From: Carpediemonas membranifera BICM
Taxonomy: Eukaryota > Protista > Fornicata
Length of the DNA: 64,000 bases
Assembly (NCBI GenBank): GCA_019828565.1
Contig: JAHDYR010000062.1
Span: 1,064,421-1,128,420 of the forward strand
Direction of reading: 5' to 3'
In this document: one piece after another, positions 30,127 to 41,801 of the stretch
How the letters are laid out: each line of letters starts with the position of its first letter
How positions within the stretch are numbered: the stretch's first letter is position 1
Made by a program: the position numbers and the translations under genes
The notes under the pieces: generated by a model
Told to the model about the DNA's origin: nothing
Databases searched by the model: none
The model's input: the letters and a program-made list of their open reading frames with translations, nothing else

Positions 30127-32627
30127 ATGCCGCGTACGCTTCAGGATCTTGTCCGTGGTGTGCGTGCACACAAGGAAAATGAAGAAGCTTACATTCAAGA
30201 CGCAATCAAGGAGTGTATGGCCGAGCTGAAGACTGCTAAGATGGATATCAAAGCTGAAACTGTCAAGAAGGTCATCTTCGTTTGTATCCTGTCAATTGGT
30301 GCTTTACACAGATCCAGGTACTCGGATACGATGTATCCTTCGCCGCATTCTCAATCATTGAGCTCCTAGGCCAGGTCAAGTATAGTCACAAGCGAATCGG
30401 CTACCTCGCCGCTCCTCTCTGCCTCCGCGCGGCCTCTGAGGAGTTTCTCCTGCTCCTCCCCAACCAGCTCCGCAAGGACATCAAGTCTGGCAAGCTTGAG
30501 GATGTCGGTCCCGCCGTGACGACCGCGGCCGAGTTGTCGAACCCCCTCATGGCGCAGAACCTCATCCCGGAGATCACCCCGCTGCTGGCCTCATCCAAGC
30601 CCTACATCCGCAAGAAGGCGGTGATGCTGCTCTACCGACTCCTGCTCAAGAACCCCGAGTCGCTCGTCGAGGTGCTCGAGCCCATGAAGGCATTGCTCGA
30701 GGACAACAACCCCGCCGTCGTCAACGCTGCGGTCAGTGTGTTCACTGAGCTGGCCGTGCGGTCGCCCAAGAACTACATCCGGCTCTCCCGCCAGATGTAC
30801 AACATCTTCACCAGCACCCGCAACAACTGGACGCTCATCAAGCTCGTCAAGCTCTTCTCCGCCCTCATTCCGCACGAGCCACGCCTCTGCACGAAGCTCA
30901 AGGACAAGTTGAGTGAGATCATCACGACGTCCCCCGCCAAGTCCCTCATCTACGAGGCAGTCGTGTGTGTCGCTGACCACTACCCGACCGACAAGGCGAT
31001 GTTGCGGGAGTGTCTCGAGCGTCTGGACGTCTTCATCCACGACAAGGACCCGAACCTCAAGTACCTCGGCCTCGACGCCCTCTCTCACATCGTAAGGGCA
31101 TCCCGGTCGCTGGTGCACGAGTACAAGGAGCTCGCCCAGGAGTGCCTCGAGAACCCTGACCCTCTGCTGCGGACCAAGGCCCTCGACCTGATCCGGGAGA
31201 CGGTCACAAAGAAGACGCTGCCCTCTGTCGTCGAGGTGCTCATGAAGCTCGCAGACCCGGCCAACGGCGACGCCAACAGCTTCTTCCGGAACCATGTCGT
31301 GAGCACCGTGATCGAGCTGATGCACGAGAACGACTACGCCAACGTCGCCGACTTCGACTGGATGGTCGAGACGCTCATCGCCCTCGCCAAGACCCACGCA
31401 TCTACCAGCGGCGCCGTCATCGGCCGCCACCTGCTCGAGGTCGTGGCCCGCATCCCCGACCTGCGGGAGACTGCGGTCGAGCTGATCGTGCCCGTGCTCT
31501 CCCAGGAGACCGCCATCGGGCTCGCCTCGAAGAACTCGGAGTGCGCCGCCCTCATGGACGCCGCTGTGTTCATCGTGGGCGAGTATGCCGTGCTCGACGA
31601 CCCCGTCTTCCTGGTGCACACGCTGCTCTCCCAGCCGGTCCTCTCGGGCCTGACCCGCGCTCCCGGCACCCAGGCGGCCTTCGTCCTCGCGGCGTTCAAC
31701 ATCTACCTCCGTTCCCTGTGCCGCAAGGACGAGCTGCGCGCCCACGCCATCGACGAGCTTGACGGCATTATCGACGACTGCCTGCCCCTCTTCGCCCGCG
31801 TCCTCAACCCCGAGACCCGCGACCGGGCCCTCATCTACACCGGCCTCATCGCTGTCGCCCGTAAGATGGCCGGGGAGGGCAACTCGGCCGCCATCGAGTC
31901 CCTCTTCGCCGGCGAGCTCGGCCCCATCAGCGCCAAGGCCCAGCGCCGCGTGAAGGTGCCCGAGGGCCTCGTACTCGATGCCCCCCTGCTTCCTTTGGAC
32001 GCACTGTACGGCGAGGACCAGGAGGACCTGCCGTCCGATTCTGAGTCCGAGGAGGAGCAGGAACACGTCCCTGTGCAGGCCGCCAATCCTTCCGCCTTCT
32101 ACCTCGGCGCCACGGACTCCGCCGAGGTGCTGCCCGCCATCGAGCAGCTCGACATCGCCCCGATCGAGTCCCCCGCCCCTGCTGGTGCTGCCCCAGAGCC
32201 CGCCAAGAAGAAGCGCCGCCACCGCCACCGCGCCGTAACTGTGAAGCGGGTTGAGGAGTTCCCGTCGGACTCGGACGACGCCCCCGAACCCTCCCGGCAG
32301 GCTGGGGACCGCGACTTGCTCGCAGCCATCGACCTCGACGCCCATGACGAACCCGCGCCCGCCCCCGCCATGGAGGACCTGCTTGGACTCGGGCCGGCCC
32401 AGCCCTCGCCCGCGCCCACCCCTGCCACGGACACCGCATCTGCGGCCGTCGATGAGATGTTCGGGTCCCTGGGCACGACGGAGCCTAAGGCCGACGGACA
32501 CAAGAAGAAGAAGCACCACAAGAAGCACCGCTCGAGTGCGAAGGAGGATGCGACGCTGCTGTCGGCCCCGGTGACGGCCCCCGCCCCGGCCAAGAAGGAC
32601 CCCCTGGATGACCTCTTCAGCTTTTAA
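30127..32627 (+). CDS. AP3D1: AP-3 complex subunit delta, intron 30280-30311
   Basis: LQDLVRGVR..; KRIGYLAA; NNWTLIKLVKLF; DPNLKYLGL; KAQRRVKVPEGLVLD; a 32-nt GTTTGT..CAG intron joins the two ORFs. Confidence 0.93.
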
Positions 32628-32749
32628 AGAATAGTAGAGCCGTGATTGTACTGTGTGATGGACACTGGGCGTGGCCCATGCTCGACGGCTGCATCCGTAC
32701 TTGAATTTTGGAAGGCCGACTTGCGGCCAAGTTTCACACAAAGCCGACG

Positions 32750-33577
32750 ATGAGCACCAGCTCTATTCGCTCCGAATTCAGACGAAGATATCCTGATCTT
32801 GGAGGAATTGCGTTCAGGGCTGTTGGTAATAGCGGACGCCCTCTTGGTGAGCATGATTTCGGGCCGCTTGATCTGAACAGACCGGTAAGTACGCCATCCT
32901 TTGGGAGCCCCGGCCATAGATCACCGGATATTCCTCACTACTCAACTAGAAGCACAGTTGGTTCTCCTCAGCGCTCTATGGCGCGGTCTCCAGCCTTCTA
33001 CGCATCCCCCGCAGCACAGCCATGGAATTCCCGGGCCCCCATCCGTTCCAGCCCCATGGGAGGTGGCCCTGACACCTCTATCGGCCCGCGTTCCACAGAG
33101 ATACCCGTCAGGTCGCCAGTGCGGACGGACAGTGGGTACACGCCCCGCTTCTCTCTCTCGATGACGAGCTCGCTCACCACAGGCCGCACCGTGCCCAGTA
33201 CCCAGCAGCACAGCGCGTATCAGGGCGTCAGTAGGTACGGCCCTGGCCCTGGTCCCCGCATGACGCGTCTCCCGGCCCCGACAAACTCCGGGGCCCGTAA
33301 CCCGACGTATGCGGCCCCTCTTGAAGAACCGGGGAAGCCAGTGGTCGGCCGCGGCGCGGAAGCCTCTGCCCCCTCATTCAGCCGGCCCCAGTCCCGCGGC
33401 CCCGCCCTGGCCTCCAGGACTGTCGCCCGGGGATCCATGGCACGCCGGGCAACCACACCGTCCCCTTCACACATGGTCCCAGGCACGTACAGGGCCCGGC
33501 GCACGGTGAACAGTGGCCCGGACCCTTCGCTGCCAGGCTGCTCGGACCGCCGAGCATCGTCGGCCCGACGCTTCTAG
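32750..33577 (+). CDS. Low-complexity Ser/Pro/Arg-rich hypothetical protein
   Basis: ORF fills the gap between genes; ATG at 32750. Confidence 0.55.
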   Translation: MSTSSIRSEFRRRYPDLGGIAFRAVGNSGRPLGEHDFGPLDLNRPVSTPSFGSPGHRSPDIPHYSTRSTVGSPQRSMARSPAFYASPAAQPWNSRAPIRSSPMGGGPDTSIGPRSTEIPVRSPVRTDSGYTPRFSLSMTSSLTTGRTVPSTQQHSAYQGVSRYGPGPGPRMTRLPAPTNSGARNPTYAAPLEEPGKPVVGRGAEASAPSFSRPQSRGPALASRTVARGSMARRATTPSPSHMVPGTYRARRTVNSGPDPSLPGCSDRRASSARRF

Positions 33578-33698
33578 CGCTGCTGTTGTTACCATAAATC
33601 CTAGAGATAGCGAGATAGCTCATAGCGGTACACGGCGTCTCGCGGCGATACCATCCGATTCAGACGCAGTTTAGCCGAGAATTCGTTGGCCGACGATC

Positions 33699-35216
33699 AT
33701 GGCAGTAATGTCGTTTCAGGACCTGATGAAGAGCAAACAACAGGAACCACGGCAGCTAGAACGAACACGCCGGCCAAGTACGCCAACTGCTACTCAATCG
33801 AAAAATACAGCCCGTCAGAGAACTGTTCGTCCATATGTTCCCTCCCTCACACAGCCGCAGCGTCCAAGATCAGCCCAATCACGTAGAGTTGATGAACGCT
33901 TGTGGCATGAAGCTGATCACATTGCCACCGACCGGGAACGCAAGCGCCACCTCCGCCAGCTAGAGGAGCTCGAGGAGTGCTCATTCCAGCCACAGCTCAA
34001 CGGAAACAGTGAGCGCATGATCGAGAAGGACTACAGGCCGGTGTACGAGCGGATTGAGGCGATCCAGCACATGAAGGAGACGAAGCTAGCACAGGCCCGG
34101 GACCAGTTCCTCCAGCAGCACGCGCCCTTCACACCCTCCATCAGCAAGCGGTCTGAGCGCTTGGCCATGCGTCGGAGTGTGTCGGACGTCACGGAACGCA
34201 TGGCTGAGGACCAGCAGAAGGCCGAGGGCCGCCACCGCAGCCGCCGTTCCCGCCACGACGAGGAGCTGGCCGAGCAATTTACAGCCAAGCCGCAGATTAA
34301 CGACAAATCTCGTGCGATCCTGACGCACAACGACGTCTACAGCCGGACCGACCTGACCTTTGCCGAGCGGCAGGAGATCCTCGAGACCCAGCGCCAGAGG
34401 GAGATTGCAGCCGTCCGCGAGAGCCTCAAGGTCATGCAATCCGCCCCCAAAACCACTGGGGAGACGAAGGACGATCTTTACCGCCGCCTGGTCGATGATG
34501 CCCGCCGCCGCCGTCAGCCCCAGACTAACGACCGACCCGACTGCACGTTCACACCGTCCATGAACCGCAAGTCCGCGCAGAGGGCCGCGACGCCCCTGAA
34601 CGAACTTGTGTCGGACAGCCGGGCCAAGGCAAAGAGGGAGCAGCTGCGCCAGATGAGGGACCGCGCCGAGTACGAGGAGTGCAGTTTTAAGCCGAAGATT
34701 GGGCCCCGCCCCCGCTCCGCCAGCCGTGTCACGCGCCCGCACTACTCCATCAACGACCCGGATCGGCTCTCGCGCGAGGTTCAAGCTGACCTCGACCGCC
34801 GCCGGTCCCGCGAGGTCGAGGCGGACCTCATGCGACGGGAGCGTGACATGCGGGAGTGCACGTTCAAGCCCAAGATCACACGGGGCAGCCGGCCGAAGTC
34901 CCCCGCCCCCGTCGACGTCAAGGGGCTCGGCCGCTTCATGGAGCTCCGCGATCTCGCAGCCCGCAAGAATGCCCCACTGCCCCGCAGCCGGTCGCGGTCT
35001 CGAAGCATGGGCCTGCCGTACACGATCCCCAAGCCCTTCCGTCTCAGCGGAACCCACCCCAAGGCCGCCGAGCTGTCGGATCTCGCCCGGCAGGCCTCGT
35101 TTGACCGGCAGTACGGAGAGTGCACTTTTAGGCCTGACACTCTTGAGTCAACGCGGTCGAGCACTATAAGCCGCATCCTCCGCACCGACTACTCGGCGTC
35201 GTACCTTGATTACTGA
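33699..35216 (+). CDS. Basic protein with repeated (C)TFxP motifs, probably microtubule-associated
   Basis: ECSFQP, FTP, CTFTP, ECSFKP, ECTFKP, ECTFRP repeats. Confidence 0.75.
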   Translation: MAVMSFQDLMKSKQQEPRQLERTRRPSTPTATQSKNTARQRTVRPYVPSLTQPQRPRSAQSRRVDERLWHEADHIATDRERKRHLRQLEELEECSFQPQLNGNSERMIEKDYRPVYERIEAIQHMKETKLAQARDQFLQQHAPFTPSISKRSERLAMRRSVSDVTERMAEDQQKAEGRHRSRRSRHDEELAEQFTAKPQINDKSRAILTHNDVYSRTDLTFAERQEILETQRQREIAAVRESLKVMQSAPKTTGETKDDLYRRLVDDARRRRQPQTNDRPDCTFTPSMNRKSAQRAATPLNELVSDSRAKAKREQLRQMRDRAEYEECSFKPKIGPRPRSASRVTRPHYSINDPDRLSREVQADLDRRRSREVEADLMRRERDMRECTFKPKITRGSRPKSPAPVDVKGLGRFMELRDLAARKNAPLPRSRSRSRSMGLPYTIPKPFRLSGTHPKAAELSDLARQASFDRQYGECTFRPDTLESTRSSTISRILRTDYSASYLDY

Positions 35217-35297
35217 TATCCTTGTTGTAAACTAAACCGCTTTCTATTGCGTGTGGCAGTTTGGTAGACTTGTGTTGCCTCAGTGAATGCGACTACG

Positions 35298-35374
35298 GCG
35301 TCTATGATGAGGAGCATGGTGCTCCAGCTTGGCCCCACGCATAGATATTCGTCCCTTCGACCCGACTGAGGTGC
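35298..35374 (+). ncRNA. Candidate box C/D snoRNA
   Basis: Box C ATGATGA 35304-35310, box D CTGA 35366-35369, terminal stem gcgtc/ggtgc, intergenic. Confidence 0.3.
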
Positions 35375-35625
35375 TCGTCCAGCGCATTTACTCCAGCCGG
35401 GACACGTCCTCTCTCTCCGTGTAGCTGGTTGTACCCCACGCGACATGCTTGACACGATAAGCTGTCTGCTTGCCTTCTCATCTCACATCTAACACCGACT
35501 GTGTCGATGGTCCTGGGTCCACGGGCCACTTGCTGTGTCCCGCCTATTGACGAAGTCCAAGGGGTACGCTTCATTTTCGACACAATGTCGACACACACAT
35601 CAAATGATGATCAGGCCAGCTTTAC

Positions 35626-36129
35626 TTAGGCGATGGGCACGGTGGTGATGGTGCTCTCCTGGGGCGTCGTCTTGGGGAAGGCCATCGTCAGGACGCCGTT
35701 CTCGTGGCGAGCGGTGCAGTTCTTGCCATCGACGTTGCCGGGCAGCTGGACACAGCGGCGGTAGGAGCCGGCCTGACGCTCCATCAGGAAGTAGTTGGCC
35801 GTCTCGTCGCGGTGCTCGGTCTCCTGGCGCGTCTCGATCGTGAGAACGTTCTCGGCGGTCACGTTGACGGTGATGTCATCCTTGGAGATGCCGGGCAGCT
35901 CAACCTGGACGGTGAGGTTCTTGTCGTCCTCGGTGATGTCCATGACGGGGCGCGAGATCGTGATCGAGCGCTGCATGGGCTTGGCGGAGCGGTTGGCAAT
36001 GCTCAGAGACTCGGGGCGGCGCATTAGCGAGCGGCGGTCCTGGTGGGGGCGCTGGTGCGTCCAGTCCTGGAAGACGTGCTCAAAAGGCTGCTGGAAGTCC
36101 TGGAAGAAGTCAGAGAGATCGGAAAACAT
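35626..36129 (-). CDS. Small heat-shock protein (HSP20/alpha-crystallin)
   Basis: MDITE..ELPGI..ERQAGSYRR..LP..ENGVLT. Confidence 0.92.
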   Translation of the reverse strand: MFSDLSDFFQDFQQPFEHVFQDWTHQRPHQDRRSLMRRPESLSIANRSAKPMQRSITISRPVMDITEDDKNLTVQVELPGISKDDITVNVTAENVLTIETRQETEHRDETANYFLMERQAGSYRRCVQLPGNVDGKNCTARHENGVLTMAFPKTTPQESTITTVPIA

Positions 36130-36339
36130 GTTTTGGCAAACTTTGCTGCTCAAGCGTGGATTGTGCCAGTGACATGCTTGTCGTGGTTACTTTTGTGACG
36201 CTGTAGAGCGCTGTAGGTCAAAATGACATGTGGTAGGCCTAAAAGTGCGAAATCGAAAAAATTGCCCAGATCTCTCACCGGCCTTTTCCGCCGCATCGTT
36301 ACTTATAATCATAAACGGAGTCAACGACACTATGGTTGT

Positions 36340-37950
36340 TTATGATTGAGGAGTTAAGTCGACGTCGACTGGAATGAAGACTTCCCACTTTCTGGGTGCC
36401 TCGCACTCGCCTAGTTTTGCCACCCCAGCCGACTCACGCACCATTTCGAACCACTGGCCAGCAGGGTCGCGGAAGCGGTTGGGGGCAGGACTGCACGCTG
36501 TCGCCTTAAAGGGGATCTTGTTAGGTGTCCCATACTGGCAATAGTGGGTGACGTCCGCGGTCACCCAGACAATAAGATCCTCGTTGGCCAAAAACCCCGT
36601 GACCCTCTCAGGGAACCGGAGTGGGGTGGGTGTGAGGCACTTGTTGTCCTTGCTGAACCCAGGCAGCAGGCCCGACTGGGCGATATGATGGGGAACTTCG
36701 CCGGCGAACAGAAGCTGGTGGTCGCTGAGGAAGACGGTGAAGAAGCTGCTTGGTATGATCAAGTCGACCCTGAAGGGGAGGTCGACGAAGCCAGACATCA
36801 CATTCTTATGCCCGAGTCCCAACCGGCCGCAGTCATTACTTCCGCTGATCATCTGCCGATCGCCCATGGAGAGGACGACTGCCGCTACATAGTACATAGC
36901 ACATATATGCATGATGTGATCTGGGACAAAGCCAGCGGGTAAGGCGACTGGGTGGAAGCAGTGCTCGTCGACATGGCCGGTAAACCATTTTGAGAAACTG
37001 CCAGTCACGACAGTGCCGACTGGGGTGAGTATGAACGTCCGATTGCCCTTCATTGACACACCAGTCACCATCCTGTGCTTCTCCCAGGGGTGCAGGCTGG
37101 CCTCGAGCTCGGCGACCTTGGGGCAGGCGGGGAAGGTGAGGCGGGTCGGGTCGACGAACTCATATGACCCGAACCCCAGCTGACCATATCGGGTAGCGCC
37201 CCAGCCCCACAGACCCTTGGGCGTCCTCGCGATATGTGTGATCATGTTGCTGTAGACCTCGAGGGTCCTGGGCATCCTGGCCCTGGTGAGGGCGGTGTGG
37301 TTGGCAGTGTCGAGCATGAAGAGTCGGCCCATGTACATGCGGTGGTGATAGCATACGTCGTACACATTGGACTGATAGCTCTCGCCGTCCTTCTCTGCGA
37401 CGTTCAGCGTGAAGAAGAACTTGCGGCAGAGGAACCAGAGACACTTGGCCTCGGGAGTGAGAGCGTTGCGGATCTTATCATGCGTCTCAGTCTCATTTGG
37501 CTCCTCCTCTCGAGTCTCCTCTAGCACCCTGTCGTCGAGGTCTGGGTTGGCCCCGCCACCCACCAGACACGCCCACACCGCGCCCTGGTTCAGCGTGTGC
37601 AGGGCGACCGAGAGCTCCTCGCCATCCGCGAGCTCGACGTTCATGGACAGTGGGGGGCCGCTAGTGAGGATCGAGCGGGCGCGGTCGAGGAGGGCTTGCG
37701 CGGTTGGTTCGAGAGGGGGGGTTTCTGAAAGTGTAGCGAGGAGATATTCGAGAGACGCGGCGCTTGTTGTTGCAGCAATTCTATCTGTGTCATTAGCTGG
37801 GGGCATCTGATCGCCGAAATGCCTGTAGTAGGCGTGCTGGAGCAACGAGGGGATGTCCCCGGAGATAGAGGCCGTTGCGGTAAGCGAGGCACAGAATGCG
37901 GAGACAAGTGCATCTCTTGCACCTGCTGGTGAGGTGTTAGCACAGCTCAT
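36340..37950 (-). CDS. RCC1-like repeat protein
   Basis: LWGWG..YGQLGFG and SGSNDCGRLGLGH blades. Confidence 0.75.
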   Translation of the reverse strand: MSCANTSPAGARDALVSAFCASLTATASISGDIPSLLQHAYYRHFGDQMPPANDTDRIAATTSAASLEYLLATLSETPPLEPTAQALLDRARSILTSGPPLSMNVELADGEELSVALHTLNQGAVWACLVGGGANPDLDDRVLEETREEEPNETETHDKIRNALTPEAKCLWFLCRKFFFTLNVAEKDGESYQSNVYDVCYHHRMYMGRLFMLDTANHTALTRARMPRTLEVYSNMITHIARTPKGLWGWGATRYGQLGFGSYEFVDPTRLTFPACPKVAELEASLHPWEKHRMVTGVSMKGNRTFILTPVGTVVTGSFSKWFTGHVDEHCFHPVALPAGFVPDHIMHICAMYYVAAVVLSMGDRQMISGSNDCGRLGLGHKNVMSGFVDLPFRVDLIIPSSFFTVFLSDHQLLFAGEVPHHIAQSGLLPGFSKDNKCLTPTPLRFPERVTGFLANEDLIVWVTADVTHYCQYGTPNKIPFKATACSPAPNRFRDPAGQWFEMVRESAGVAKLGECEAPRKWEVFIPVDVDLTPQS

Positions 37951-38207
37951 TCGTTTAAGCGCTTAGTTCGGTGGCTGTCACTTCTGACTGACGACTCCCC
38001 GACCGCCGACCCCAGCAGTTGACCAGCCGCGACGCCGTGAGTCACAATCACAGCAGCGATGCCAGCGAGATGTCTTCCTGCCGAGGGGTCTGCTCCACCG
38101 AGTCTCATGCGAGGTCCAGCCTCATGACACTCCTATGTTCTCAAGCCTTCACCTCGGCATAAAACTGGGAAAAACACCACTGTTCCTGCTATAAACAGCC
38201 GTTTACT

Positions 38208-41112
38208 CTACTGCGGATCATCGATGTCCAGCGTGTTCTTGATCTTCTTCACGAGCGACCAGTTGACCTCGTTCTTGAAGTCAGCCCGGAACTCCTTCAA
38301 GTTATCAATGGAGGCCCTATCCATCTTAGAGAGAAGAACGTGGTCGCCCCACTTCTTGTTCGTCTTGTCGTACGGGAAGACCTTCTCCTTGACGATGCGG
38401 TGGTCCGTCGACACTGACACGGCAACCTCATCCTCCGCCTTGGCCTCGGCGACGCTCTCCTTGTCCTTCTCGATCCTCATCACGGGCCCGAGAAGAGTAC
38501 GGACCTCGAAGTCCTCGCCCTTGGAGTCTGCGAGGAAGATGGGCATGCCGGGCTTGAGAACGCCGTGCTTCACGCGGAGCCCGATGATCGTGGGCTCGTG
38601 GGCGTCACCGCAGAAGATCGGCATGATGAACTCGGCGAGCATGGGGAACACAGAGCTCTTGCGGGCCTCGGCCACCGCGATCTCATGCTGCTCCGCGACA
38701 TGGGCCTTAAAATGCTCGGTTAGGTGATAGATGATGGGGGCTGTAAAGATCTTGACGCCGAGCCTCTCGGCTTCGAGCATGGCGTCTGCGGCGACCTCGA
38801 CATCGAAAGCAAGGATCATTGCATACTCTGGATGCCCGCGCTCCCTCATGATGGATGCCTTGGTGACGTCGATCTTATGGACAGTACCGAGGTTCGTACC
38901 CATCACAGGCACCTTCTCGTCTGCGAGGAAGGCCATGAGTGCCTCCAGGGACCCCAGGGTGGACGCCATGACGTACACGCCCTCGCTCTCCTTAGCCTGC
39001 ATCGCGCCGTCGACCTCCTCCATCGCCTCCCGCTTGTAGGTCTCCACCTCTGCCGGGTTACGGGCGACGTAGAGTGAGGCGCCGGCCACAGCGTGGTCCA
39101 TGCCCTCGGCGAGGACCTTGACGCCCATGGCCGCCTTGACAGCCTTATGGTGCACATAGTCGCTCTTCACACGGAGCTCCTTGAGCGGCTGTGGGGTGAG
39201 AAGGCCTCGGATGGTCGAGACGATGGGTCCGTTCATCCCGGCCACGACGATGGTGTCGCCCTCGTGCAGCGTGCCGTTCGTGAGGACGACGTCGATAGTC
39301 ACGCCGAGCCCCTCGATCCGCTTGACCTCGAGGACCGTGGCCGCGATCTCATCCTCGTACTCGAGCCGGCCCCGCATCTGCTCCTGGGAGAGCCGCATGA
39401 GCATCATGAGGATGTCCGGGATGCCCTCGCCCGAGATGGCAGAGGTAGGCACGACGTGGATGTACGAGTCGGCGCTGGTAATGTCGTCGATCGCCTGGTC
39501 GGGGGTCTCGGCCTTGCCCTTCTTGCCCTTGGACTTCTTCTGCTTGGACTTCTCCACGGGCGCCTGCTTGGCCTCGAGGAGCTTCCAGTAGTACTCCATA
39601 TTAAGCCCCTTCTTCTCGGTGATCTTGCCCTGCAGCCACTGCCAGTTCTTGTGGAAGTGGTGCTGCACGTGCGGCGCCTGGGACTCGAGCGAGAGCTTGC
39701 TGCTGGCGTCGGGGCCGAGCACGCGCCACTCCCGGTTGCCGATGAGGTCGATCTTGTTCAGGGCGATGACGAAAGGGACGTTGCTCTTCCGCAGGATGTC
39801 GATGGACTCTGCAGCCTGCTGCTCAAGGTCCTTGGCCGTGATGTCGATGACGAGGATCGCCAGGTCGCAGAGGGAGGCGCCCCTAGACCTCAGGTTCGTA
39901 AACGACTCGTGGCCTGGAGTATCGATGATCAGAAGCCCCGGGGGCTTGCAGCCGACCCGCAGATCCTCGGGTAGACGGGCTATGTTCTTCTCAATGCAGT
40001 CCCGGGGGAAGAAGGACGCACCGATCTGCTGTGTGATGCCGCCCGCCTCGCCAGTCTGGACGTTCGTGGCGCGGATCTTGTCTAGGAGCTTTGCTGTGTA
40101 ACTATGGTGCTTGGAACGTACTCTTGCCCGTGTCGACATGGCCCAGGATGCATATGATCGGGCTCCGCATGTCCTCGTCCTTGAAGATCGGCTCGGCAGC
40201 CACTGGGATGGCAGAGGGCACCTGGACACGCTGCTCGGGCTCAGGCTCGGTCATGGCCTCTCCCTCGGGCTCCTCGTCCTGATCAGACGCCTCCCACTCC
40301 TCGTCGTCGTCGAGCTCAGCCTCCCAATCCTCCTCGTCTTCCCAGTCCTCGAGGCCCTCCTCGGCTGCAGCGGCCTTGGCTTCCTCGGCAAGGCGCTTGG
40401 CCTCCTCCTCGGCACGCTTCTTCTCGGCCTGGATCCGCTGGCGCTCCTCGACCTGCCGACGCATATCGAGTACACGGGGGTCGATCACTGCCGCCTTGGC
40501 CTCCTTCACCTTCTCCTTCTTGGCTGCCTTGCGGGCCTTGCGCTCAGCAGCCTTGCGCTCCTCCTCCTCGCGGGCCAGACGCTCTTCCTCCTCGGCCTTG
40601 AGTCGAGCCGCCTCGGCAGCCTCCTCCTGGCGACGCTTCTCTTCAGCAGCAGCCTTCTGGCGCGCCTTGATCATCTCGACGCGCTTGCTGGCAGCAGACT
40701 GTCTGGTCTCCTTGTCCTCCTTGGGCTCCTCGGGCTTGGACTCGGCCTTCTTGGCGGCCTTTTTCTTCTTGTTCTTGCTCTTGCTGGCGGTTGCAGCGGG
40801 CGCGGCACCACCGAGGGGCGCAGCTCCTCCCAGGGGAGCGGCAGGCTTTGCGCCGAGGCCGCCACCGAGCGGGGCAGCACCACCAAGGGGAGCAGCGGCC
40901 TTAGCAGCTCCAAGACCACCTCCTAGAGGGGCTGCAGCCTTCGGAGCGCCAATACCTCCACCGAGAGGGGCAGCTGGCTTAGCTGCGCCACCAAGCGGCG
41001 CTGTGCCGCCAAGAGGGGCTGCTGGCTTCGCGGGACCGCCCAATCCACCAAGTGCAGGGGCTTTACCAAGTGCTGTTGGCTTCTTCTGTCCTAACGGAGC
41101 TCCTCCAAGCAT
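38208..41112 (-). CDS. EIF5B: Translation initiation factor eIF5B, intron 40094-40121
   Basis: RSPIICILGHVDTGK|TKLLD, GEAGGITQQIGA, DTPGHESF, ALNKID; a 28-nt GTACGT..CAG intron joins the two ORFs; N-terminal AAPLGG repeats. Confidence 0.95.
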
Positions 41113-41223
41113 CTGGTTGCTTCTCGCTGGAACGAATACATGAACGAGTTATCGTTTACATAAGTACCGACAACGCACTCTTCCCGCTCAAACGATAGCC
41201 AGCGCCTACACGGCAGCTGGCCC

Positions 41224-41649
41224 TTACTGGTACATGCCGTTGAAGTCGCTCTGGGCGGCCATCTTCTTGATGTGCTGGGTGAGGAAGTCAGCATCTTCCA
41301 TGGCATGCTGGCGCCTACGCTCCTTGTTATGGTCACGGGTATCACGGATCATCTCAGACTCCTTGCCCTCCTCGGCCTCAATGCGGAGCTCGGCCTTGTC
41401 CTCGGGAGTGACGGCCTCCAGGACGTAGTGGTTGTCGCAGTGGGGGCAGTATTCATCGGCCTCATCGCGCTCGCCTTCGCGCATGTCAATACGGAAGACC
41501 TTCTTGCACTTCTTACAAGCAAGAGTGAGCTCGTAGCTCTGCTCGAGCTCGTGGTCCTGGGATTCAGCGTGGCACTGGGGGCAATCGAACCACCTGCGGC
41601 AGCAAGGGGCACGAATCGCAACTTGAGCGTTAAGGATGTGCTTACACAT
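41224..41649 (-). CDS. CHY zinc-finger protein
   Basis: MCKHILNAQVAIRAPCC..CPQCH..H..CKKC..CPHC. Confidence 0.88.
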   Translation of the reverse strand: MCKHILNAQVAIRAPCCRRWFDCPQCHAESQDHELEQSYELTLACKKCKKVFRIDMREGERDEADEYCPHCDNHYVLEAVTPEDKAELRIEAEEGKESEMIRDTRDHNKERRRQHAMEDADFLTQHIKKMAAQSDFNGMYQ

Positions 41650-41801
41650 TCTGCGACGAGATCTCGGCAAATTGCCAGTTTCCGGTCTTAACCTGCGAAT
41701 AGATTGACGACGACGATGCTTCCGATTGCTGACGCTGCACTAACGTGACCGACAAATGATCTTTTCTCAACTGCGACTCTGAAGACTTTATGACACAGTT
41801 C

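Noticed and set aside
30591-32741. Long antisense or overlapping ORFs (also 28613-29932, 45535-46827, 8733-9737, 16789-17940)
   Set aside because: Shadow ORFs produced by GC-rich codon bias of real genes on the other strand; no motifs.
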